A program made the translations under genes and the position numbers. Source: Myxococcota bacterium (lineage in GTDB: Bacteria > Myxococcota_C > UBA6777). Taken from it: DNA of 64,000 bases. This document shows, in pieces, positions 56,340 through 64,000 of the stretch. The notes beneath the pieces are model-generated. The model did not search any database. It had not been told where the DNA came from and saw nothing but the letters and a program-made list of their open reading frames with translations. The stretch spans positions 1 through 64,000 of the forward strand of contig JAKLKB010000004.1 in the NCBI GenBank assembly GCA_023150835.1, given 5' to 3'. Each line of letters opens with the position of its first letter. Positions within the stretch are counted from its first letter, which is position 1.

Positions 56340-58775
56340 TTAATCGGTAGGGATGCGTTTTCGCAGCCGTTCGACGTTGTAGAGGGTGCGTGGATCGTCT
56401 GGGCGCAGGAGCAAACATTCTTGGAAGAGCTGTAAGGCTTCTTTGTATTGACGCCGCAGGTAGGTCGTCATCGCTTGTCGGAACATCTCTTCAAAGACGT
56501 CTTCTTCGGCGGCTTGAGAAGGTGGTGTTGCAAGGGGTCCACGAAGCTCAGTGGCTTGGCCGATCGAAGGATGGCTTTCGGAGGTCGAGTTTTGCGCGAC
56601 GGGAGGTTCGTGGACTTGGATCTGTACGCTGGAGGAATAGGCTTCGAGGCTGGCGGGGGTAAAGTTTTCTTGGATGGAAGAAGAAGCAGGAGAGGAGATG
56701 GCGGGAGCGGAATCACGGGAAGTGGAGCCTTGGAGATGATGGAGCGTTTGATCCAAGATCGCCGAGAGTGTTGCTTGGGAGATATCCTGTTGTTCGTTTC
56801 CTCCGATGATATCGAGGATCTCGTTGATCATGGAGGCGGGATCTTCTTGCGTGGTTTCGCGTTCGTCACCGTTGAAAAAAGCGAGGCTCGCACGAAGTTC
56901 TGCCGTTAATCGCTCAGCCGCTTGAGAGATGGTCTGATCAGAGATCAGCATCTTCTCAGGTTTTTTTTCGGAAGATAGAGCAAAAGGAGGGGGAGGCGGG
57001 GGAGGCGGCGCAGGAATGAACGGAGAGGACGAAGCAGGGTCAGATTCAGCGACAGAAAGGATCGGAAACTGGCCTGTGAGGGCTTCCGAAGCAAACGTAT
57101 CGTCTCTGGAGTCACTCACAGGCGGAGGCGGGAGTTTTCCTTTTTCGGACTCGTTTGAAGGAGGGAGATCCTTGCGCAAAGCCGAATCAAGGGCACGAAC
57201 GAGGGCTTCGAGCTTTTTTTGGTTTTCGTCTGAGAGAGGCTGTACTGTTTGGGCAGCGGCGAGTTTTGATTGAGAACGGCTTGCACGCCACGAAGCCGAA
57301 GATGGCGCACTTTCAAGAACAGGGGTGAGTCGTTGTTGAGAGTCGTGACGTGAAGGGGCCGCAGCAAGGCGTTGTTGGGAGTCGTGACGTGAAGGGGCCG
57401 CAGCAAGGCGTTGTTGGGAGTCGTGACGTGAAGGGGCCGCAGCAAGGCGTTGTTGGGAGTCGTGACGTGAAGACGAAGGAACAGCGATACCCCGAGAAGC
57501 AGAAGAAGCAGGACGAGCCAAAGGATTTGCTGCGCGAGAAAGCGGCGATGTCGGGAGATTGTTTTTGGCGCTAGAAGGTTTGGCTTGGTGAGCAAGAGCC
57601 ATCGCCAACGCACGCGCAAGCATCTCGTCGGCCTCTTCGGGGGAGGGCATCGTTGCAGCAGAGTTCGTCGGAGTGGTAGAGTTCGTCGTTGCAGCAGAGG
57701 GCATCGGTGCGGAAAAGGGCGTCGGTGCGGCAGAGGGCGTCGGTGCGGCAGAGGGCGTCGGTGCAGCAGGCGATGCAGGTGTAGGGAGTGAACTCGCGCT
57801 GTTTTCTGCGAGTGGATCTCGGGCAGCGGTGGGAAGAATGGCCGTTCGAGGCGAAGAAAGCGGCTCCGACAGAGGAACGAGAGGTTCAGGAGAAGGCACA
57901 GAGAGGACGTCGCGAGAAAAGGGGGGTTGTGTTGTAGGGCGAGAGGTCAAAGAGGGCGAAGGCTGGGTCACGGTCTGCAAGATGGAGGAAGAGGAAGAGA
58001 GAGGCGGCTGAGTAGGCGGTCTATAGGGGGATTCAGCGAGTGAGGATTCGGGTGATTGAGTAGACGAGGCGTCAGAAAATGGCTTAGGTGCGAAAGAAGG
58101 GCGAAGCTCGGCCTCGGAAAATGCGGGAGGAAGTTCGGAGAGAGGGGATATGTGCGTTTTTTTGGGCTGCAAAGCCTGCATGGATGGGAGTTCGGACGGA
58201 GCAAGACGAGTGGGTCCGATCACCGTGGCCCCTTCTTCGTCGAGAGGCGAGACACTCGCCAGCCACTCCGCAGCGGAACGAGAAAGATGAGAAGGAGCCT
58301 TATGTGGGCTCAAAAAGTCGCTGACTTGGCCTCCTTCGGGGGTATCATCGTACTCCATCGGGAGTTCGAGTTCAGAGGCTTGCCAAGAAGCCCCCACTTC
58401 ACGGAGTCCCTTGGTTCGGACGTCTTCAAGGGGCATTACAGGTGGAGGCGTACGCGGGTGAGGATAAGGTGAACGCGGCGCTCCGCCTCGGTAATCGAGA
58501 GGCGGTCGCCGAGCGGGTTCTTCTTCCTGCCAAGGGGGCGAGGACAACGGCTCCTGCCAACGCTCCTCGCTGAGGGGAGGCTTGGGCGGCAACGCATCGA
58601 TGTGTGCAGAAGAACCAAGCTGCTGAAAATAGGCGCGTGCGTGGGGGTTTTCAGGATCGAGTTGAATCACCATCCCCCAGTAATAGAGGGCCTTTTGTTG
58701 CTCTCCTCGGCTTGCAAAGAAGCGTGCTTGGTGGATGTAAGCATCGATTTGGAGTTCTCGCGTTGATCGGCTCAA
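56340..58775 (-). CDS. Large scaffold-like protein: N-terminal TPR, long Pro/Ser-rich disordered region, C-terminal TPR
   Basis: KALYYWGMVIQLDPENPHARAY and YKEALQLFQECLLLRPDDPRTLYN; internal SRHDSQQRLAAAP x4 and APTPSA repeats. Confidence 0.75.
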   Translation of the reverse strand: MSRSTRELQIDAYIHQARFFASRGEQQKALYYWGMVIQLDPENPHARAYFQQLGSSAHIDALPPKPPLSEERWQEPLSSPPWQEEEPARRPPLDYRGGAPRSPYPHPRTPPPVMPLEDVRTKGLREVGASWQASELELPMEYDDTPEGGQVSDFLSPHKAPSHLSRSAAEWLASVSPLDEEGATVIGPTRLAPSELPSMQALQPKKTHISPLSELPPAFSEAELRPSFAPKPFSDASSTQSPESSLAESPYRPPTQPPLSSSSSILQTVTQPSPSLTSRPTTQPPFSRDVLSVPSPEPLVPLSEPLSSPRTAILPTAARDPLAENSASSLPTPASPAAPTPSAAPTPSAAPTPFSAPMPSAATTNSTTPTNSAATMPSPEEADEMLARALAMALAHQAKPSSAKNNLPTSPLSRAANPLARPASSASRGIAVPSSSRHDSQQRLAAAPSRHDSQQRLAAAPSRHDSQQRLAAAPSRHDSQQRLTPVLESAPSSASWRASRSQSKLAAAQTVQPLSDENQKKLEALVRALDSALRKDLPPSNESEKGKLPPPPVSDSRDDTFASEALTGQFPILSVAESDPASSSPFIPAPPPPPPPPFALSSEKKPEKMLISDQTISQAAERLTAELRASLAFFNGDERETTQEDPASMINEILDIIGGNEQQDISQATLSAILDQTLHHLQGSTSRDSAPAISSPASSSIQENFTPASLEAYSSSVQIQVHEPPVAQNSTSESHPSIGQATELRGPLATPPSQAAEEDVFEEMFRQAMTTYLRRQYKEALQLFQECLLLRPDDPRTLYNVERLRKRIPTD

Positions 58776-59030
58776 GACTGATACCCGCTAACAGCGTTGT
58801 GTGGCGACATGCGCGTTTGTGTTGTGACGACCGAAGTTGTGTAGCCCATCGAAGTATCGCGGCCAATGTCTCGGGGCATCCTACCCTGTCTTGCGCGGGC
58901 TTGCAAGCCTTCACAATTCCCTTACCGAAGGGCAAAACAAGCCGAACGACGCTGGCAGATCTACCCGCTCGATCTCAGAATGCGGTTCCATTTTTGAAAG
59001 GACGGCAGAAGAAAACAAGGAAAGAAAGCC

Positions 59031-59717
59031 TCACAACCAACGCGCAAGAGCCTGTCGCAGGCGCTCTTCGGCTTGTTGATCGATGGGTTCCCCGTGTGCC
59101 ATGATCACCCGCGAAAACGCCCAGCCAAAGAGCTCTTTGCAGCTTTTCCCAAACGCTGCTTTGTCTTTGATCTGCATGGAAAACAAAGGACTCACCTTAA
59201 AGCGCTTGTAGGTTCCGAGCAAACGAAACATCAGATGACCCATCCATCCGTGGATCTCTTGGAGATGAAACACCAGATCGGTGGTGATCAACGATTCGGT
59301 CTTTGGATGATAAAACACCGTTTCATGGAATTGCGGCATCCCACCCATACACAGATGCTCGATCTGATCTCCCCAAGGGGTCTGCAAAGCGTTGTCCCAC
59401 ACACGATCGATGCGCAAGTCTGGGCGTTTTTTGGCGAGTCCTTGGGGCGCAAAGACGAGGGCTTGAGGATAGCGTTTTTGGGCGGTTCCCAAAAACAAGT
59501 GATGAAAAAGATTGGGCGAAACAAGGTACTTGACTTCGCCGATCGCGGCCAGTTCGGCAGCAAGCGCATCATCGATCTCGACGGGAGAATGGAGCCACAG
59601 TCCGCCGTCCGACAAGCGCAGCACAGTCATCCGCATCGGCAAGAACAGGCCGGGCATCATACGGATCTCACTTTCCACAAACCACAAACCGGGTATCCAT
59701 GAACGCAAACGCTTCAT
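59031..59717 (-). CDS. DUF4336-like (metallo-beta-lactamase-related) protein
   Basis: RMTVLRLSDGGLWLHSPV, SPNLFHHLF, ETVFYH...TDL, IMAHG. Confidence 0.8.
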   Translation of the reverse strand: MKRLRSWIPGLWFVESEIRMMPGLFLPMRMTVLRLSDGGLWLHSPVEIDDALAAELAAIGEVKYLVSPNLFHHLFLGTAQKRYPQALVFAPQGLAKKRPDLRIDRVWDNALQTPWGDQIEHLCMGGMPQFHETVFYHPKTESLITTDLVFHLQEIHGWMGHLMFRLLGTYKRFKVSPLFSMQIKDKAAFGKSCKELFGWAFSRVIMAHGEPIDQQAEERLRQALARWL

Positions 59718-59787
59718 TTTCGGGGCTTCCTTTGTACAAAGGGCAACAATTCCATGCGCAAACAAGCGCAGGGATCGAGATATTCGG

Positions 59788-61065
59788 TCAATCCAAAAAA
59801 AGTGCAGGGGCTGTTTGAAGCAAGATCAAGGCATGACGGGCATGAGCGGCATCTGCGATCAGATCGATCACATAACGCCGACTTTGTGGATTCAGGTCTT
59901 TCATCCGCAAAAGCCGTTCTTTTTGAAAGAAGCCCAAGCGGTCAAGGATCAACACGCTGATGCAAAGCAGTTGCAAGGCTTGACGGATATCGCGCTTGTT
60001 CGAGGGCGTCAGCGGGATCTGCTTTCGGTGGTAGGCTTCCACGACCGTTTTGAGCCAATGTGAGGTAAAGCGGATCTGTTGCATCAAGATCAAAAAGCGC
60101 TGGCCGAGGTTTTGTTTGGATACCTCAAACAGACGCTGATACAACACGCTTTCACCACGCAATCGATAAAACATCAGTTCGATCTGGGCCTCTGTAAAAC
60201 GCTGTAGCTTTTTGCTTTTGCGCAACAAAGGATGATCGAGCCAAGCAAGCGCAGCCCGCATCAAATAAAATCCACCGTAGATCTCTTTGTAAATAAACTG
60301 ATTGCGTAGCTTGGTTTTGGGGATCTCTTTGGCCCCTTGGGTATGGAGGGTTCGCAAGAAAAGAGTCTGTTTGTCAAGGTACAAAAAAAGCCGCCACATC
60401 GTACGAAAGAGGTTGACTTGTTGCTCTTGGGCATTGTGCCAGTGCCACAAGTTTTCGGGAGTATGGCGGCGCATCGCGATCAACAGCCAAGACAGATGCG
60501 CCAACGCGGCTCCTTCGGCTTGGTGCGGAAACTGATACAACGCGCTGTTGAAGATATCGCGCAGCGTGATCGATTGACCTTGAAACGGAAACTTCCGATC
60601 CAACGGGACATTCAGTTGCGTGATCATCTGCAAAAACAGGTGGGGGTGGGCTTCGACGTACTGGCTTTTCGGGCCTTTCGGAAAACCGAGCAAGCTCAGC
60701 TTTCCCACCTGCTTGTGTTGCAGGTTCTGACTCACCAAAACATCCAACACAAGGCGATTGTCTGCAAGGCGCGCATCCGGTCCGAGCGCAAGCAGCGCAT
60801 GGGCCAACAACCACGGATGATTGGGGTCCAACGCAAAGTCTTGAACATGAATGCCGAGAAGTTGGCTGACTTGCAAAACAAGGCGCTGTATCGCCATGTT
60901 GCGCTGTTGGATGCGCACAGGGTCGGGGCTTTTGGAGGGTAATGTCGCCGCAGGTACAAGCAACACAGGGCGAGAACTGGGCGGCGCTGCATCGGCCCAT
61001 ACAGGATACATCAAACACAATCCAAGCCACCCACAACGGTACCGACCAAACCAACCAAACAACAT
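59788..61065 (-). CDS. Hypothetical exported protein
   Basis: GGAG RBS; signal peptide ending ADA-A; helical globular region (PWLLAHALLALG, EAHPHLFL). Confidence 0.7.
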   Translation of the reverse strand: MLFGWFGRYRCGWLGLCLMYPVWADAAPPSSRPVLLVPAATLPSKSPDPVRIQQRNMAIQRLVLQVSQLLGIHVQDFALDPNHPWLLAHALLALGPDARLADNRLVLDVLVSQNLQHKQVGKLSLLGFPKGPKSQYVEAHPHLFLQMITQLNVPLDRKFPFQGQSITLRDIFNSALYQFPHQAEGAALAHLSWLLIAMRRHTPENLWHWHNAQEQQVNLFRTMWRLFLYLDKQTLFLRTLHTQGAKEIPKTKLRNQFIYKEIYGGFYLMRAALAWLDHPLLRKSKKLQRFTEAQIELMFYRLRGESVLYQRLFEVSKQNLGQRFLILMQQIRFTSHWLKTVVEAYHRKQIPLTPSNKRDIRQALQLLCISVLILDRLGFFQKERLLRMKDLNPQSRRYVIDLIADAAHARHALILLQTAPALFLD

Positions 61066-61285
61066 GGGTCTCTCCAACTTCTTGAGTACGCGGGCGTCTC
61101 GAAAAAAGCGCACACACCGCAGCGATGTAATCATGCGCAAGCAGGCGTGAACGCGACAACTTGCGCGCAGAGGTTACGCATGAAAGCCATCTTCCGCAAG
61201 CATCCTCGTTTGGCAAACCGAACCGTACCTACGCACCCTCGTCCTTTGCCCAACACAAGACGCCTCTCACCAAGAACAACGCATT

Positions 61286-61912
61286 GTGTGGGCGTTGATC
61301 CATCTTTCCAAAACTCCGAACTGTTGGCCCGAAAGAAATAGGCTCTTGTGCGCGATGCAGCCCTACTTGGGCAAAGAGGCCAACGTATGGGAGGCAGCTC
61401 TCGCTCTGCTCGCCGAAACCAACGAAGCACCGCAAAAAGATCACGTTGCCGAGATCCTGCACCACAACCCGGTCGATCCGACCCAAGCATGGGTCTGTTT
61501 TGCGCTGTGGTTTGTAAGGCCCCAAAGCGCCGAAGCTTCGTGGTTTGTGGCCCTGCTTTTCCACAAAGACGCCGCGATCCAACGCCAAGCCGTAGATATC
61601 TTTTCCACTCATCCAAGGCACCTGTGGTTGCCTGTCCTCGAACAATGGATCATCTGGGCGCGTCACCACAGCGAAAAAAAAGCCCTTCACGATCGGACGA
61701 TAACCTCCGTTGTGCCGCTCAATGCGCAACAAAACGAGGCGTTCAAGCACGATCCGCCTACGTTGCTCCCGCCTACATCCTTCGATTTTTCCGTCGCAAC
61801 GATCCGACGCGTTGCACGGATCTTGCGCAGGATGCGCGTGCAATGCTCCCTGCTTGATATCCCCCTTCAACGCGCTCAAGACGAGATGGACCAAGCCCTC
61901 TTTTCCGACTGA
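61286..61912 (+). CDS. Hypothetical helical protein (start uncertain)
   Basis: 208-aa ORF co-directional with the downstream sulfatase; frame stays open upstream to 61184 without an earlier canonical start. Confidence 0.5.
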   Translation: MWALIHLSKTPNCWPERNRLLCAMQPYLGKEANVWEAALALLAETNEAPQKDHVAEILHHNPVDPTQAWVCFALWFVRPQSAEASWFVALLFHKDAAIQRQAVDIFSTHPRHLWLPVLEQWIIWARHHSEKKALHDRTITSVVPLNAQQNEAFKHDPPTLLPPTSFDFSVATIRRVARILRRMRVQCSLLDIPLQRAQDEMDQALFSD

Positions 61913-62022
61913 TCCGCAACGAATACAGCATTTTTTTATTTCATCCTCTTGTCATTTCCTTGCAGCGTAGGCCATACATCAAGAATTTGCTTGGTTGCCG
62001 AAGCATGGAGAGAGAGGTAAGG

Positions 62023-64000
62023 ATGCTGTTTTCCCGTCGATCTTGGTTGCCCGTATTGCTATGGCTAGGGCCTGTGTTTGTCTTTGCGGGCGGACTCAAG
62101 GTGTGGAAGTTGCTGCGTGTGGATGATGCTGCTCATCTGTTGGTTCTTTTTGAAGGCTTGCGTTGGGATATCGTCTTCTTTCTTTTGCTTTCGCTGACTT
62201 TTCTTGTGTTGCTCGAAGAGATGGCTCGTTGGCGCGGCTACCTGCTGTTCTTGTTGGCCGTCTTGTCGCAGTGTTTGATGCTGCTTGCGGGTACAGAACA
62301 CGGCTTCTTTATGATCACAGGCACTCCGGGGGATTGGTTCTTGTTGCAGTACGGGATGCGCAGTCTGGCCGATCCTGCAACCGTTCAAGTCTTTATCAAC
62401 CAAGCCAAAGGGCCGCGTATCCTCTTGTTGCTCTTGCCACCGATGTTTCTGTTCTTGCCGATATGGTGGATGCGGCGACCCAAGATCGCAGCGTGGTTAC
62501 ACGCAACGGTTCACAAAGACACGCAACATCCAAGTTGGTTCTTTTGTCTGAGCCTCACTATCGGCCTTGCTTGTGCGACGTTGCCCGAACAACAGTTGCG
62601 CGGTGATCTTCAAACGCTCTCTCAAAATCTCTACGTCCGCATCGTTGGGGGGATGTTTGAGTATCTGTTCCAAGAAGAACCTGACATCGACCCTGTGGGT
62701 TCAAAAAGCCCGCTGTTCCAAGGCGAGCGCTTGCGCCTCTTTCCCACCGCCCGCACCCAAAAGAAAAATGTCGTCTTTGTCCTTCTCGAATCCCAACGCG
62801 CCCGCTCCCTCACCCCCTACAGATCCCTCGTTCCAAGGCATCCCTACGAACCCAAGCTCGAAACCACCCCTTTCCTCGCTTCCATCGCCAAAGAAAGCTG
62901 GCTCGCAGAACATCTTTCCGCCATCGTCCCCCACACCTCCAAAGCTCTTGTCCCGATCTTGTGCGGAATCTACCCAAAAATAAACGTCGATATCGATGAA
63001 GGAGAACGCAACGGCATCCCCTCACGCTGTCTCCCTACCCTTTTGAAACAAGTCGGCTATCGTAGCGCTTTTTTCCAATCTGCAACCAACCTTTTTGAAA
63101 ATCGCGCACAGATGGTCGCCAATATGGGCTTTGATATCTTGCGCGGCCACGAAGATCTCGACGAACGCGGCTTTGCCAAAACCAACTACTTTGGTTATGA
63201 AGATCGCATCATGCTTCAACCCAGCCTTCGTTGGATCGACCAAAACCGCCAGCGCCCTTTTCTGATGACCTATCTGCTGTTGGTTTCACACCACACTTAC
63301 ACGACTCCCCCCCGATTTCGTAAAAAACACTATACGAATAGCCGCGATCCTGAACTAAACGATTATTATAATTCACTTTTTTATGTCGATGAATTCTTGC
63401 GCGATTTATTCGATGGATTCAAAAAGCGCGGTATGCTCAAAGATACGGTCTTTGTTTTTGTGGGCGATCACGGCGAAGCCTTCGGCGAGCATGGCCGCCG
63501 TCAACACGACAACATCCTGTGGGAAGAGGGGATCCGCATCCCTGCGTGGATCTACGCGCCAAGCCTGATCACACGGCCCAAACAGATCCAAGGGCGCCGA
63601 AGTCAGATCGACCTTGTGCCGACTGTACTGGACTTGCTTGGGCTAGAAGTTCGCGACGGAAAGCTGCCCGGGTTTAGTCTCGCCAAGCCCGTCGAGGCAT
63701 CACGTCCGATCTTCCACAGTTGTTGGTATGAGCATCAGTGTATGGCCTTGCGCGAGGGGGATTACAAATACATCTACCACTACAAGCATCGGCCTTGGGA
63801 GGTGTACGATATCTCCAAAGATCCGCTCGAACAAAGAAATCTGTTTTTTCAAAAAGGCTTTGATCGCAATCCTTTAGAAGAGATCGAGAAACGCCTCTTG
63901 CGTTGGAAAGCCGAAGTCAACCGCATCTACCAAAAAGCCGACAAAGCACGCATCGTTCGTGTTGTTTCGCCGACCATGCCGCGTTTTCAAAAAGCCGTGG
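62023..64000 (+). CDS. LTA synthase / sulfatase-family membrane protein (runs off the window end)
   Basis: Manual translation: N-terminal TM segments, then KNVVFVLLESQRA, TTPFL, PHTSKAL, SHHTY, YVDEFL, FVGDHGEAFGEH, SQIDLVPTVLDLLG. Absent from the ORF track because there is no stop in the window. Confidence 0.88.
   Translation, partial: MLFSRRSWLPVLLWLGPVFVFAGGLKVWKLLRVDDAAHLLVLFEGLRWDIVFFLLLSLTFLVLLEEMARWRGYLLFLLAVLSQCLMLLAGTEHGFFMITGTPGDWFLLQYGMRSLADPATVQVFINQAKGPRILLLLLPPMFLFLPIWWMRRPKIAAWLHATVHKDTQHPSWFFCLSLTIGLACATLPEQQLRGDLQTLSQNLYVRIVGGMFEYLFQEEPDIDPVGSKSPLFQGERLRLFPTARTQKKNVVFVLLESQRARSLTPYRSLVPRHPYEPKLETTPFLASIAKESWLAEHLSAIVPHTSKALVPILCGIYPKINVDIDEGERNGIPSRCLPTLLKQVGYRSAFFQSATNLFENRAQMVANMGFDILRGHEDLDERGFAKTNYFGYEDRIMLQPSLRWIDQNRQRPFLMTYLLLVSHHTYTTPPRFRKKHYTNSRDPELNDYYNSLFYVDEFLRDLFDGFKKRGMLKDTVFVFVGDHGEAFGEHGRRQHDNILWEEGIRIPAWIYAPSLITRPKQIQGRRSQIDLVPTVLDLLGLEVRDGKLPGFSLAKPVEASRPIFHSCWYEHQCMALREGDYKYIYHYKHRPWEVYDISKDPLEQRNLFFQKGFDRNPLEEIEKRLLRWKAEVNRIYQKADKARIVRVVSPTMPRFQKAV

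Noticed and set aside
61147-61341. Frameshifted 5' part of the 61286-61912 gene (ATGAAAGCC at 61180)
   Set aside because: A one-base slip would join the ATG to the downstream frame, but this cannot be supported without homologs or reads.
1-64000. tRNA, rRNA or riboswitch genes
   Set aside because: No recognisable cloverleaf, rRNA or riboswitch signature by eye; a covariance-model scan would be needed to exclude small ncRNAs.

Overview
Moderately GC-rich bacterial chromosomal DNA. The gene content suggests Myxococcota or a related deltaproteobacterium (inference): three Hanks-type Ser/Thr kinases, PEGA and TPR proteins, Cys-rich 'CDGxDNDCDG' repeat surface proteins and a MYXO-CTERM-like sorting tail. 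The window opens in the 3' part of an IS200/IS605-family iscB element. It appears inserted into a response-regulator receiver gene, and a frameshifting deletion now fuses IscB HNH/RuvC-III in frame to that receiver domain. Most of the window is accessory: signalling, envelope and secreted proteins, an OmpR/histidine-kinase pair, rhomboid, sterol desaturase-like enzyme, M3 and M20 peptidases, amidohydrolases, glnS and an LTA-synthase/sulfatase. The best candidate for an undescribed system is a six-gene minus-strand cluster at about 52.0-58.8 kb. It encodes a TPR-IDR-TPR scaffold, a ParA/MinD ATPase, two Roadblock/MglB-like proteins, a tandem V4R protein and a small protein, with no small GTPase. 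Two families of short non-autonomous MITE/REP-like elements are dispersed through the intergenic DNA, one copy with perfect TIRs and a 5-bp target duplication. There is also a 10-bp VNTR and an unusual 38-38-38 bp duplication of a gene 3' end. No tRNA, rRNA or CRISPR array was seen. All domain calls come from visual motif recognition, not database searches.
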